Assembly (NCBI RefSeq): GCF_018977255.1
Contig: NW_024704742.1
Span: 103,604,001-103,668,000 of the forward strand
DNA length: 64,000 nucleotides
Direction: 5' to 3'
DNA from: Callorhinchus milii
Taxonomy: Eukaryota
Shown here: positions 40,210-52,855 of the stretch, piece by piece
How positions within the stretch are numbered: the first letter of the stretch is position 1
Layout: the number at the start of each line of letters is the position of its first letter
Made by a program: the position numbers and the translations under genes
Notes under the pieces: model-generated
Told to the model about the DNA's origin: nothing
Seen by the model: the letters and a program-made list of their open reading frames with translations, nothing else
Databases searched by the model: none

Positions 40210-41032
40210 TTAACTTCATCCGCAGACATAGGGTCAACTTCCACACGTATGTAGATGACACCCAACTCTATCTTTCTGCCTCCACCCTCAACTCCAGGAC
40301 CACTGCTGTCCTGACAGACTGCCCGTCAGACATCAAGTCCTGGATGAGGGCAACTTTCCTACAGTTGAATGTGAACAAGACTGAGGCCCTCCTGTTTGGC
40401 TCGCACCAGCGCCTCAGCACCTCAGGCTCTGGCAGCATCAACCTCCATGTTTGCACACTACAACTCACCTGCCAGTCACGAACCTAGGTGTCTTGTTCGT
40501 CCCTCAACTGTCTTTTCTCCCCCACATTCAAGCCATGACCCGCTCTGCCTTCCCTCACTTCCGTAACATCGCCCGACTCCACCACTCTCGCCTGACTCCA
40601 TTGACTCCCTATCCTTCAGAGGATCCAGTTCAAGTACTGGTCCTCACATACAAAGCCCTCCATGGCCTCACTCCATCCTACCTCTGTGACCTCCTAACCC
40701 CTACCAACCCGCCCGTTCCCTCCGCTCAGCCGGCTCCGACCTGCTCCACGTCCCTCGACCCCCCGCCCCACCATTGGTGGGAGAGCCTTCAGCCATTCTG
40801 CCCCCAATCTCTGGAATTCCATCCCCCAATCACTCCGCCTCGTCCCCTCCTTAGCCTCCTTCATCCCGACTCAAGACCCTCCTCTTCAACCACGCCATCG
40901 GCCACCCCCCTTCCCCTCCCCTCCCTTCCCCACCCTGACCCCAGCTCGGGTCTGAAATGCTTTACTCTGTCCACCACTTTGGGACATCCTCCCGACGTGA
41001 AAGGCGCTATACAAATGTAATCTTGTTGTTGT
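40210..41032 (+). mobile_element. L2 3' fragment
   Basis: FHTYVDDTQLYLS, FLQLNVNKTE, NLGVLF, LTYKALHGLTPSYL and (TTG)n tail. Confidence 0.92.
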
Positions 41033-42414
41033 TAACTTTCCTTTATGCAGCACTTTGTGAAGTATATTTAAGTGTTCAGCAACAGAATATTAATCAGTCA
41101 GACTGGACCACAGTGAAATCAGTTAAAGTAATGAGTTAAGTCTTGATTCTGGCTGAAAAATAAACTATGTGCACACATATTTAGTTAAGTAAGATTTTCT
41201 CTACCCGTGCCCTAACATCATGCCTTAACCATTGCATTGTGAGCATACATCGATGGGCTTTGTTAATTTTTAGCTCAAACATTGTTGGTATCAAAAACTC
41301 TTAATATTACAGCATTAAAGTAACTCCAACATTGGAATGGTGATAATACTATAATATTAATTTATGTTAGATTACTGAACACATTCGTAATACGAAAAAA
41401 TTGTAAAGACCTGTTCTTATCCTGCCAACTTTTTCCCTTTCATCTCTCAAAATCCCTTTTTACTCGATTGCATTAAGTCACCCTATTTGAAAGATTAACA
41501 CCACCCAACATACCCTTAAAGTCTGAACTGCAAATTTCTGTGTGATAGTAAATGGTCTCATATAAAATATACAATCAATATACTTTACAGAAAATCCTGC
41601 GAAGCACTTTGAGATGTCCTTGCGACACGAAAGGTGCTATGAAAGCCAAAGTTTAAGGAATTATTATTATTTTATTAAATGAGCACCAAATATGTGTTTA
41701 TAGTATTTGAAATGTACAAATCAATTAAAAGGTACATTTTGGACCTTGTACAATTAATATTGACATCCATGTTTGAAAACTAAGCAAAGTGTTTTGTCTG
41801 ATTTTGACCTTAATTTAGAACAGAATGCATTTATGGCAAAACAAATTATAAATTATTGATTTTCACCTCACAAAAAGCGGTAATTGCTCAGTAATTGCTG
41901 GTACATAAAATTTATATCCAGTATATTCTAATAAACATGTCAACTCTGGTAAATACTCTGATAGCACTGTTATTCTCCTCTATGGCTCTTTATAATCTAT
42001 TGTTAGAATTTAAATGATAGATCAGTAAAGGAACTGGAATATTGGCAGGTGAACATTGCTGAAGTTCATGGTGAGGCTGTGTATTCTTCCACTTCACATC
42101 TTTTTGTGTCCAATTTGACAGGACAAGAGGCAATCCATCAGCATGTAATGTCCATGTTATGTTTTGACTACTCTGGGAGTATCTGGATATGTTGATCTGA
42201 ATGAACATGGACAAAGATCACTCCCTTTTCTCTGCCCAAAGTTGATGAGCTGTGTAAAACATGCTCAACACACTCTTAAATGCATCACCATGCATTGCAA
42301 GATTGGCCTACTCATATTTCCAGGTGAATGGAAATGCTTTAAAAAAATTAGGAAAATGTGAAATATCTAGGTCATTGTGCACAGTGTTTACATAAAATAG
42401 AGACAGAGTTGTAA

Positions 42415-42830
42415 ATGCCCCCTGCCGGTCTCTTCAGCTCCACCATCCACAAAATCCAACTTATCCAAAACTCCGCCACCCACATACTCATCCATACTAA
42501 ACTCCGTACTCCCAACACACCAGTTCTAGACAGGCTCCACTGGCTCCCGAAATCAATCACCAAACAGATTGATTTCAAGATCCTCACACTCATTTTGACA
42601 TCTCTTCATGCCCTGGCACAACCCCACCACTCCATCCTGCTTACTTCCCATCTTCAATTCACGCCTGAAGACCTTCCTATTCGACCGTGCCTATGGTTAC
42701 CTCCCCCGCCCCTGCCCCCCGCCCCCCGGCATGTTTGATGGCTTGATGGTCCATCACTGTAAAGTACTCTGGTACGCTATCCTGTGTGAGGTTGCTATAT
42801 CAATGCAAATGTTATACAAATGTTGTTGTT
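42415..42830 (+). mobile_element. L2 3' fragment
   Basis: IQLIQNSA, TPVLDRLHWLP, LKTFLFDRAY and tail. Confidence 0.88.
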
Positions 42831-42924
42831 ATAAACCGTTTCACCCACAAAATAGACAATCAATTCACTTTCCTCCCAATGACTTAGTTTGCTTTTACTT
42901 TTCCCTCCTCAATCTTACACAGGG

Positions 42925-43060
42925 GCTTCTCCAGCATGATTGTTCCTGTTCTGATGAAGAGTCACACCCAAAGTGTTAACTGATCTTTCCCTTTCAAAAG
43001 CTGATGCACTTTTACCATTTTCTATTCTTATCAGATTTCCAGTATTTGTCACTTTTCAAT
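42925..43060 (+). mobile_element. Second, more decayed Penelope-like pLTR remnant
   Basis: GTT-CTGATGA-AGAGTCACACC-CAAA-GTGTTAAC..CAGATTTCCAG. Confidence 0.6.
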
Positions 43061-43444
43061 TTATCTTTGTTTGCCATGCACTGTTTATTCAGCTGTTTCT
43101 TCTAGCGTCACATTTTAGTATAAATTACTAATCCATTTGTGCATGCTTTCTGCCTTCAAATACACAATTACTACATTTTGCAGTCAGTCTGGTTTTGAGA
43201 CATATCAATGACATAATGACAATAATGATAATCTTTACATTCGGTACACTATATCAAGCACTATATCAAATGCAAGAATTATTATTCAAAATGCGCTGCC
43301 ACAAATATGAGACAGTAACGCAAGAAAATATTCTATTTTGTTACAAAATTAATCGATATTTACAACAAAACATTGTCCTTACATATTCACAGAAAATGAT
43401 GATAGTGATGAATCCATTGTATGTTTAGTCAGAATGGAAGACTA

Positions 43445-43730
43445 AAGTTCCAGTAAGGTCAATCTTTATTTCTGCGCTCGGTTAGCTGATCTGTCAATTG
43501 AATTGGCCCCAGTTTAGGTAAGGAAAAATCAGCCAGGGTTTTGTGTCCTGATTGTTATGCTCTGCAGGAGGTGAATGCATGTTAATTGCCTGAGGGTTCA
43601 GACTTGGCATTGAAGTCCGCAAAGGTCTGATGTACCTGCCAATGAACAAACTCAAGACTCATATATGATTAACAGTGAGGGTCTTGGGGGCAACCAACAC
43701 CTGTGGAATTGTATCTCAGGGGGGAGTTGA
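43445..43730 (+). mobile_element. AmnSINE2-like relic
   Basis: GGTTAGCTGATCT..AATTGGCCCCAG..GGAAAAATCAGCCAGGGTT..TCCTGAT. Confidence 0.65.
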
Positions 43731-44039
43731 GCAGAGAAATTTGGAAGAAAAAATTGTTCAAGTGATTCTCTGCTATTGAGGATTAATTGAACAAGTAAAA
43801 TGAATCAATAATTATTCACCTAATTCATATAATTATATAATTCATTGTAACAATGGTGAGCATAGACTCTGCTAATGAGCATAATCTCATTAACAATTGA
43901 AACCTCATGAATTCATAAGTATAAGGAATATAATATCCTGGATTCTTAAATATAAGAAAGGTATCTCACCCTATCTATTTAATGTAGTGTTTATAATGTA
44001 AACTAACAAATAGCTTTATAAAGAATCAAGTGAAGTACT

Positions 44040-44305
44040 TTGGGTTCAATTCCAGACAGGGCGAAACCTTGAGCAAGTTTCCTTACTCCACACGCCTAAT
44101 AATAATCCCCCAAAACAAAACAATAATAAATTGGTCATTTTCAATCTACGACTGTTTGTGGGACACTGCTGTGCGCAATTGGCCACCGCGTTCTGCCCAC
44201 AAATATATGGTCAATTCACTTTACAGCATATTCTGTGAAGCGCTTTGAGACGTCTAGAAGACGTGAAAAGTGCTATATCAAATGCAAGGATTATTATTGT
44301 TATTA
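44040..44305 (+). mobile_element. CORE+Deu SINE (short variant), head-truncated
   Basis: GGGTTCAATTCC...CACGCCTAATAATAATCCCC...tail. Confidence 0.9.
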
Positions 44306-44496
44306 TAATCACAGTAAATAGTGTCAGTTGAGACAAAGATGAGAAGAACTCACCTGATACACGGATAAGCACCATACACATCTCCACATTCATGATAAAG
44401 GTGGTACTTAGTGTTCTATTTATCAAAATAACACAATAAATGACAACAGGAAGTATTCATAGGGGTATATTTTGCCTGACCAACTTCATAGACATA

Positions 44497-44668
44497 CAGT
44501 AAACTCCTGATACCTCATCACCCCAAGGGAAAAGAACACAGTGATGAGTTATCTGGAGTGGCGAATTAGACATATATATAAATACAAAAATAAGTGCAGC
44601 CAGGATAGTAACAGCATGATGACTCAAATGGTAATTTAAGCCAGGTCCAAATTATCAGGAGTTTACTA
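44497..44668 (+). mobile_element. Tigger/Tc1-mariner-like MITE
   Basis: TA then CAGTAAACTCCTGATA ... TATCAGGAGTTTACTA: terminal inverted repeat matching at 15 of 16 positions. Confidence 0.7.
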
Positions 44669-44699
44669 GATAACATTGCAAATTAACTGTGCAAAGCAA

Positions 44700-44870
44700 T
44701 ATAGCTTAGTGTTCCTAGATATCCACAAAGCAGTCAACGAAATACCACATGAAATATTCCTTCATAAACTGATGTCACTGGGTATCAAGGGCAAGACATT
44801 AACATGGATTTTGAATTAGCTAGAGGGAAGGAAGCAGATAGTAATCTTTAGGAGAGCTAGATCAATTTTA
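44700..44870 (+). mobile_element. Old CR1-type RT fragment
   Basis: VFLDIHKAVNEIPHEIFLHKLMSLGIKGKTLTWILN.LEGRKQIVI. Confidence 0.75.
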
Positions 44871-45989
44871 GCTGATTTTAGGTGTTCAGGTATAGTAATG
44901 TACATGGTTGTTTAGAAAATTAATTTTAGTGCAAATTCTGATGTATTGCACAAAATAAACATCACATAGATATCTTTAATTTTACAAATAATACATTAAA
45001 ATGTGTCCAGAGTAATGATACAGAAGTGCTAAACTTAAGATAATACCAATGATTGATGCAGATTGATAGAATATATTCAGGGTGACATTAGCTACAAAGG
45101 CATTGTGTTGTACCAGGAGATTACTATTAAAATTCTACGACCAACTCTCTTCCCACCAATTCTCTTCTTTTGTGAAGTTACTTGACTCTGGTGGAAATCA
45201 GTTTTCAGTGTCTCACCCAAGTGCCTGTTATTGAGATGTAAGCTTTGACAGCTTTTGTCAGCAAATTATTCAACCATGGGGACATCACAGCCAGGCCCAA
45301 TTCTGTCTTCATCAGCCATCCAGCACACACAGAGATCAATAACATGATGACAGGAAACATTCAAACCAAGAAGGCATTTCAGCTCATTTGATCTCATCCT
45401 TCCAGAAAATGAACTCTACAATTCCTCCTATTACAGCCTGAAGGTGTTTCTTAAACAAATCCAACATCCTGGTCTCGACTATCCTAGATAGAAATCGTAG
45501 AAATACCCTAAAGTTCTTCAAAGGATTTATTGCAAAGTTTGGTGATTATATTTGTAGACAAACATGACAGTGACAGCCAATTGCAACCCAGCAAGTCCCA
45601 CACAAGTCAATGATCAATTTTATCTGGGTGATAGTTGTACCAGGAGAAACTCACATCTCTTTTTGAATAGTGCCATGGAATCTTTAACTTACACCTGAGC
45701 AGGCAGACGGGTCTTCGGTTTAACTTCCCATTGACTGGGGCTGCACTAACCCAACTAAACCTCAATTTAGTACAAACCCGAGCTAAAATCAGCTAAACCA
45801 GCACAAACTTTGAGATTGACTTTCCAAAATCTGTATAGCTCCCTGCTCACTGTATCAGCTCAAACATGGGTCTTAAGTGGCAGGGATTTCCTGGTACCTA
45901 CTATCAACCTAGTGAGGACTCAAATCTGCACTTGTCAGATGTTAAATGACCAACTAGTGACTATCCTCCTGGGGGGAGGAGGGGAGGTT

Positions 45990-46420
45990 AGCGGGGTCAC
46001 CTTGGAGCTTAACTGGCTTCAAGGTGACATGTTTGACAAAAGAATGTCGGATCAAGCCAGCCCTCTGTGGTGGTCTTAGTAGTCCAGTTCCTGGGCCAGA
46101 TGTGTCTGCAGTATTCCAGGCCACCATTGATGACAATACAGCCAGTCTGACTCATTGGCAGGACTTGGAAGGACAGACCATTTACTGGGGGCAAGGGCAT
46201 CCCACTCATCTCCCGTTAACCCTGCAAGCCAAAGCCATAATGGGTAGAGTGGTCCTAGCTGGATAAGCAGCGGGAAAGCTTGGTAAGCAGTGCCCTTAAT
46301 GGCAAGCTACGTAGTTTTACCTGGTCAAACTCCAGTAGTACCCCAAAGCACACTCTGGGGTCCCCAATCATTGCCGCTTGCTAACCCTCGCCTAATCCTT
46401 TCTGGAATTCGGTAAGCAGG
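45990..46420 (+). repeat. Unclassified ~430-bp interspersed repeat (other copies 11966-12340 -, 29725-29895 +, 49290-49640 +)
   Basis: Shared blocks CCCTCTGTGGTGGTC, GCAGGACTTGGA, CTGCAAGCCAAAGC, GTCCTAGCTGGA, GAAAGCTTG..AATGGCAAGCT and TGGGGTCCCCAA. Confidence 0.85.
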
Positions 46421-46569
46421 ATCTGTCGTATTCCATTCCGATAAATATCACTAGAATTTCCATGCAAAGATGGGATGCATGGAATTCTCAGTTTGGTAAG
46501 AATACTTTTAAGCATGGTGACAGTTTCTGCATGTGTCAGACACCCGGCTGACCCAAAATAAATCCCTTT

Positions 46570-46730
46570 CTCAAGTCTCAAGACATTTTTGACCGCGCTT
46601 TCCGTGATCTTTCACCACCCCCTCCCTCTTCAGCACCCCCCTCTAGTTCCAGGGTCCAAAACACGTGGTAAAGCACTTTGAGACGTCATCCCGAAATAAA
46701 AGGTGTAAAATAAATGTATATTGTATTGCA
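46570..46730 (+). mobile_element. L2 3' tail
   Basis: CTCAAGAC..TTTGACCGCGC and AAGCACTTTGAGACGTC..AAAGGTG tail shared with other copies. Confidence 0.7.
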
Positions 46731-47084
46731 CAGCCAAGTGTAGTACAATGGTCTACTTCAGCTGTTTTCTTGATCTGTGAGGCAAACAAAGAATTAACAG
46801 ACAGTTTATAAATTCAGTGCTTGTACAGGTAAGTGCCACAGCAAAAAATGTTGGCTTCAGCTCAACTACTGTAGGATGCAAGCTTGCCAATTTCTCTGCT
46901 GCTCATAGAAGTGTAGCTAATTGTCTGAATATATTCATATACCAAGTTTCTTGCTGTAGTTTAGCCAAATAGCTCCATAAAATATTTAATTGAATCCTAT
47001 TTGCCTAACGTTGAACCTGCTGGATACACTACAAACACTGTCACTTGGTGTCTCACAGGACTTTTTATAAGACAAACTTTGACT

Positions 47085-47457
47085 CAAGATCCTCATTCTA
47101 GTGTTTAAATCCTTCCACACCTTGGCATTCCCCCACCTCTACAATCTCCTCTCTCCTCACAGTGCTACCCGCTGCCTCCTCTCTACCGGCTCCAGCCTCC
47201 TCCTTGTCCCTCGAATCCTCTGCTCCACCATTGGCGGCCGTGCCTTCAGCCCCTACACCCCGAAGCTATGGAAATTCATCCCTCAATCCCTTCGCCTAAC
47301 CCCCTCTTTCCCCATTTTCAGATTGCTTCCTCCCCGACCATGCCTTTTGTCACCTTACCCCACCCCTGGCTCGGCATCGGGCTCCACCGTTGTCAAATGC
47401 TCTGGGATGCCGCCCGGCATGGAGGGCACTATATAAATGCAAGTTGTTGTTGTTGTT
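47085..47457 (+). mobile_element. L2 3' fragment
   Basis: KILILVFKS, TIGGRAFSPYTPKLW and (TTG)n tail. Confidence 0.88.
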
Positions 47458-47479
47458 GAAAAGACAAGTCCCAAATGGC

Positions 47480-48245
47480 CTAAGTAGGTTGCACTTTCAC
47501 CCCTGAGTCAAAAGATTGTGGATTCAAGCCCCACATCAGAACTTGGAACCCATATCATCCATGCTGACACGCCAATACCTTACTAAGAGTGTACGGTATT
47601 GTTGGAAATGTCGGATAAGATATTAAACCCTCTGCCTGTTCAGGTGGACGTAAAGCTTTTGTGGCACTGTTCAAAAAGAGAAGAGAGTTTCACCTGGTGT
47701 CCTGGCCAACAATTCCCCAAATACAATTGATCATTCACTCTACAGCTGTTTGTGGGCTATTGCTGTGAGCAAATTAGCTACCACGTTTGCTCACAAAATA
47801 CATAGTCATTCCACTTTGCATTATAACCTGTGATGGCTATATAAGTTCAAGCACTCTCCCCACCCCCAGCCCAAATCAGGACTTTGATCTCACATTATCT
47901 CGATTCCAATGCAGTGCAGGGGGTACTCTGTATTGTCGGAGGTGCCATCCTTTGGTTGAGACATTAAAGTGAGGTCCCGTCTGCCAGTTCAGGTGGACAT
48001 TAAAGATCCTCTGGAACCTTTCAAAAAGTGACAGAGGTTCTCCTGGCCAACAATACCCCAGAAAGAATTGTTCATTGGGTTGATTGTTGCATTGCTGTGT
48101 GCAACATAGTTGCCATAATTACCTTCAGCAAACTTAGACACTCACTTTATAGTAAATTCTGTGAAGTTCTTTGAGACGTCCTATCAGTGTGAAAGGCACT
48201 ATGTCAAATGCAAGGATTATTATTATTATTTATTATTACTATTAT
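47480..48245 (+). mobile_element. Two DeuSINE copies in tandem (~47480-47840, ~47900-48245)
   Basis: The Deu domain CAGGTGGAC.TAAAG appears twice, and the second copy ends in the (TTA)n tail. Confidence 0.85.
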
Positions 48246-48709
48246 CTCAACTTTGGAGTTAGACATATACAAGTCTCTATGAAATCTTATAAAGGCAGTA
48301 CCGATAATCTTATGATCCTCCATGACAAACCTCCCTCAAATACTGATTATTTAATGAGTACAGCTGTATTGTTGACTCAGTTTAATACATTAATCTAACC
48401 ACGCAAGCATGCCTTTGAACTCTTCTAATAACATCGGATGTATTTTGAAAGTAAAAAACCTGATGGATGTGTCAAATGGCTGGAATTAGCACTATTGGAA
48501 CCTTCAAACCACATTGGATCCTTTTCACTTATTTCAGCTAGAATGGGTTGAAGTTCTGCATTCCCAAAGCACTTTCCTCATTTTATATTGATAAATAATA
48601 TCTGTGATTAACCCTACTGAACCGAACACTCCATTCACTCAGCAAACACAGGCCTGTTTCATGTTATCCATCATCCATCCTGTCATTGGCAGGTGAACGT
48701 TCAGGCATC

Positions 48710-48915
48710 AGAGTCCCTCCGACTCATTCCCTCCTTCCCAACATTCAAAGCCCTCCTCAGGACTTACCTGTTTGATCTCGGTTCTGGTCATCTTCCCCCT
48801 TTCCAGCCTCTTCGGCTCCCATCCACACTCAAGTGTCCAGCCCGCAGTGTGAAGTGCTTTGAGACATCCTCTTGATATGAAAGCCATTAAATAAATGTAA
48901 ATTGTATTGTAATTG
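48710..48915 (+). mobile_element. L2 3' fragment
   Basis: SLRLIPSFPTFKALLRTYLFD and decayed tail. Confidence 0.75.
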
Positions 48916-49656
48916 TATGACAAATGTCACAAATATTTGTCAAAGTGTTAGTGAAAGAGGATCTCTTATTTTTAATTAGTTTTGTCTTACAAATTTGTCT
49001 TATGAATATTTTTTTTACAGATTCCAGCTCTGTAACATTACTTGTGTTAAAGAGGTGAATAGAAAAACAATTTCAGAAAAAAACTTGTCAAAGATGGAAA
49101 AGGAACTTCTACTGAATCTGAAAAGAATGTTACAATCCAAATATTGCATTGGCATACTATAGGGACTTTGTAATATCAGTCTGCAGGTGTTCCACAACAA
49201 TGAAACTTAAAACTATTGTTACATGTGATTTAACGACAAAGGTTAGAGAATAAATGTGCAGCAGCTCAAACCTGCACTTGTTGGATCACATGGAATATCA
49301 TAATCGAGCTAACCCTCTGTGGTAGTCTCGGTCGTCCAGTACTGCGGTCAGGTGGTTCCACAATGCTCCAGAGTACTACTGATGACAGCACAGCCAGCCT
49401 GGATCAGCAGCAGGACTTGGAAGAGCAGACCAGTCACTGAGGGCAGGGACTTTCCTATTCAGTTATCGTTAACCCTGCAAGCCAAAGCTCTAATGGGTAG
49501 GATTGTCCTAGTTGGACAAGCAACGGGAAAGCTTGCCAGGCAGTGCTCTCAATGGCAAGCTATGTGGCTTTAACTGGTTAGACTTCAGCATTACCTCAAC
49601 GCACACTTTGGGGTCCCCAAGCCTTGGATCTTGCCAACCTGCACCTTGTGTGTTTT

Positions 49657-50075
49657 CTTGGTTCAGTGATAGCACTCTCACCTCTGAGTCAGAAGGTTGT
49701 GAATTCATACCCCACAACAACAGCAGCAACAACAACCTGCACTTATATAGGGCCCTCCTCGCAGGGTACTGTCTCAGACTTGAACTCACGTCAGGACTTG
49801 AACTCACATAGTCTAAGCTGATACTCCAATGCAGTGCTGGGTACGTGCATTTTCTGAGCTGCCGTTCTTTGATGAGACGTTGAACCGAGGCTATGTCTGC
49901 CTGTTCAGGGGACGTTAAAGATCCCATGGAACTATTCGAAAAGAGAAAGGAGATTCTCCCAGTGTCCTGGGCAACAATCCCCCAAATAAAATTAGTTGTT
50001 GACGCCATGGCTGTTTGTGGAACATTGCTTTGCGCAATTATGCTGCAGCATTTGCCTACAAATATGCAATCATTC
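49657..50075 (+). mobile_element. DeuSINE interrupted by a short antisense L2 tail (~49715-49775)
   Basis: Head GATAGCACTCTCACCTCTGAGTCAGAAGG, an (AAC)n L2 tail, then the Deu domain. Confidence 0.85.
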
Positions 50076-50754
50076 CCCTTAACAGTGGCGGAGGTTGACA
50101 CTGAGAGAGAGAGGAGGTGACCTTAGCTGTATTGTTGTGAGCCAAGATGGCCAATAATGAGGCATTGCTGTTTAACATGCACTCAGCCTCTGATGAGAGG
50201 AAACTGAAAGGAACATCCTGGGGTTGGAACATTTGGGGTTACAGTTGAGACATTGTCGAAACAGGCTGAGTATAAGTATGGGCTGCTACCACAAAAGAGG
50301 CAGAGAGAGAAGAGTCCAAGACAAAAAAAAAGAAGCAAGAGACTGTCTGAGTTCTCCCAGGGAGAAGGTAACTGATCATTACTACTTTTCCTGAGTTAGT
50401 CGCTACTTTATCTAGAATAGTACAGAATGTCTATAACCATTGACTTGAGAACTTCTGTAATAAAGGAAACTGTTACTTGAATTTGAAACCATTGACGACA
50501 ATCAAATTCTTATATCAAAGATATTATAAACTAATTTCCTTATTACAAGTCCCTACATTCAGGATAAATCACAGTCTGGGTTCATTGCTATTTTGTCTCT
50601 ATCTAACACCAGCCTCATCCATATATATTGGTGTTTGCCTACAAAATATACAGTATTTGCAGTATTTGGAACCAGGAGAAGCAAAAGTAACTTCAAAGGA
50701 AGCAAAATGGCTTCAACATGAGTGGAATAATAACTTAAACAAAAGAAATAGAAA

Positions 50755-50965
50755 GGAATGATAGCACAGTGTGATAGCTCACTTACCTTTCTTCTCTGAG
50801 ACCAGGGATTCATTCTAGCTAGGATGATGGAAATAAAAGATTTTTTCTCTGTTGAATGTGAAGCTTAATGCCTGAGACAGTCACATTCTTAGCACAAAAC
50901 TGCCCAGGATTAGTATTAATTTGGCAGTCTCACTAATGGAGACCATAAGGACAGCTGGTTAGAAG
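50755..50965 (+). mobile_element. LF-SINE-like relic
   Basis: CCTTTCTTCTCTGAGACCAGGGATTCATTCTAGC and CACAAAACTGCC..AATTTGGCAGTCTCA resemble the remembered LF-SINE consensus. Confidence 0.5.
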
Positions 50966-51464
50966 ATGGAAAATTCCCACTGGTGGATTAAGGTGATCTT
51001 GGGTCCAAGCTGAGTTCCAACAGAGTTGACATATGTTGCGTGATGTACTTGGGGTTTTCTCTGAAAGAATCATACTTTATGCCCTGTGGTGCTTAATCTG
51101 GAAGTGTTACTTCTGATTTCCTGACAGGTATTTTCATCACCAATACTGTAAATCGATTTAAATTTCTTAGAGGAACTGGCCCAACTCTTTCCCTATATTT
51201 CTCAGAAACCACTAAGGGTAGTACTTGTCTAACCCCTTATAGTAAAAGTAAATTTCAGTTCATTTATTTTCCATGCCCTATTTAATTTCACGCACAAATC
51301 TTCAGAGCACAAACATAGCAAAATGAAATGTGCGGCCAAAAATATGCAGCATCTGGATACATTACCAAAGAAAATATCTAGTGGTCGGTGAGTCAGTGAC
51401 TAAGATAGTGAGTAAACAAGCAAATGGGGAGGTTAGGAAAATTTATTTCACCCATAGTAGTTTA

Positions 51465-51673
51465 TGTCTCTCCCTCCCTTGCATCCTTCAAGGCCGGTCT
51501 CAAGACCCTTCTCTTCGATCGTGCCTTTGGTCTCCCTCCCACCTCTCTGCCTTCCCTCACCCCTACACCACCCCTCTCCCATGCTCGGGCCCCGACATCT
51601 GACTGTTCAGCACTTTGGGACGTCCTCCCGATGTGAAAGGCGCTCTATAAGTGTAATTTTGTTGTTGTTGTTG
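51465..51673 (+). mobile_element. L2 3' end inserted into a CR1 3' fragment (CR1 ~51360-51820)
   Basis: SLASFKAGLKTLLFDRAF plus (TTG)n. The CR1 flanks read EVRKIYFTH / VIRIWN..VVEAESIFAFK and ATGGGCTGAATGGCCT..TTTCTAT; ATAGTA occurs on both sides. Confidence 0.85.
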
Positions 51674-52639
51674 ATAGTAATTAGGATATGGAATACCCAT
51701 CCGGGAGTGGTGGTTGAGGCAGAATCCATATTTGCCTTCAAAAGGACAGAGAAACACATAAGATAGCCAGCACAGACACGATGGGCTGAATGGCCTTCTT
51801 CTGTGCTGTAAATTTCTATAGATCTCAGGCAGAACCTGAGAAAAAAAAATCTGAATTTGTTACTTTGTTTTGATCCTGTGAGTAAGATATCTTCTGGCAC
51901 TGTGGGTGGTCACACTGTGGTCAGCCTGGGGACCAAAGGGAACAACCAGCTATCTCCTCTTGAGTGACTTCAGATTGACCTGCCACCAGCCAAAATAGAA
52001 AGATTAAAGACAAATGTTTCCTATAGAAATTGCAAATTGTTCACAAAAATCGCGGTTCTGTTGTTGACAGAATACGATTCAGGGATCCAGAGGACAAGCA
52101 ATTTATTGCATCTGCATATGTGCCCATAATCAAATATAAGCAACAATAAAGATTATTTTACACAAATACCCTCGCAAGATTTTACAATTGGCAGTGTTTT
52201 AGTTGTTTGATTTCCATTTAAGGAAAGGATGCTCGCATATTTCTTAACCAAATGAAAACAAAGCAATTCTTAACAAGTTAAAAAGACAATTTTCTCTTGC
52301 CCAAATTGTATTTTGATGTGGACAACAGTTAATGTTCACAAATATTTAATGAATAAAGTAGATAAATCTGTGAATTAATATTTTAGTTATTGCAATTTTT
52401 CTTCTGTGAACAGAAGAAAAATGACTATAATTCCAGTAACAAATGACCTTTTTGTTCCCAATCTCTGGAACTCCAGCTTGGAACCCTCAACTCTCTCCCT
52501 CCTTCACCCTGTTCTTGGTCTGCTTCAAAACAACAACAACTTGTATTTATATAGCACCCTTCACGCAGGGTAGCTACCCAGAGTGCTTTGACGGTCCTTT
52601 CAGTAATCTTTTCCTTCCCCAAACTCATCATCATCAACA

Positions 52640-52855
52640 CCTCTGATCTCATCATCTCTTGTCCTCCATCTATTTTTTTCCTTTCTCTTTCTTTACCCGC
52701 GCCCCTCTCTGTTTGTCCATATAAGCTGCTCCTTTCCAACATCCCCAGTTCTGACAAAAGGTCATCAACCTGAAATGTTAACTCACTTTCCTCTCTCTAC
52801 AGATGCTGCCTGACCTGCTGAGTGTTCCCAGCATTTTTATTTGTTATTTATTTTT
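52640..52855 (+). mobile_element. Penelope-like element terminal (pLTR) remnant with decayed minimal hammerhead
   Basis: AGTT-CTGACAA-AAGGTCATCAACCT-GAAA-TGTT-AACT followed by CAGATGCTGCCTGACCTGCTGAG..CCAGCATTTT. Confidence 0.75.

Noticed and set aside
45990..46420. Known ncRNA (7SK, 7SL, RNase P/MRP, telomerase RNA) as the source of the unclassified repeat
   Set aside because: None of their diagnostic conserved motifs could be found; CTAACCCT occurs but not as a telomerase template in the expected context.
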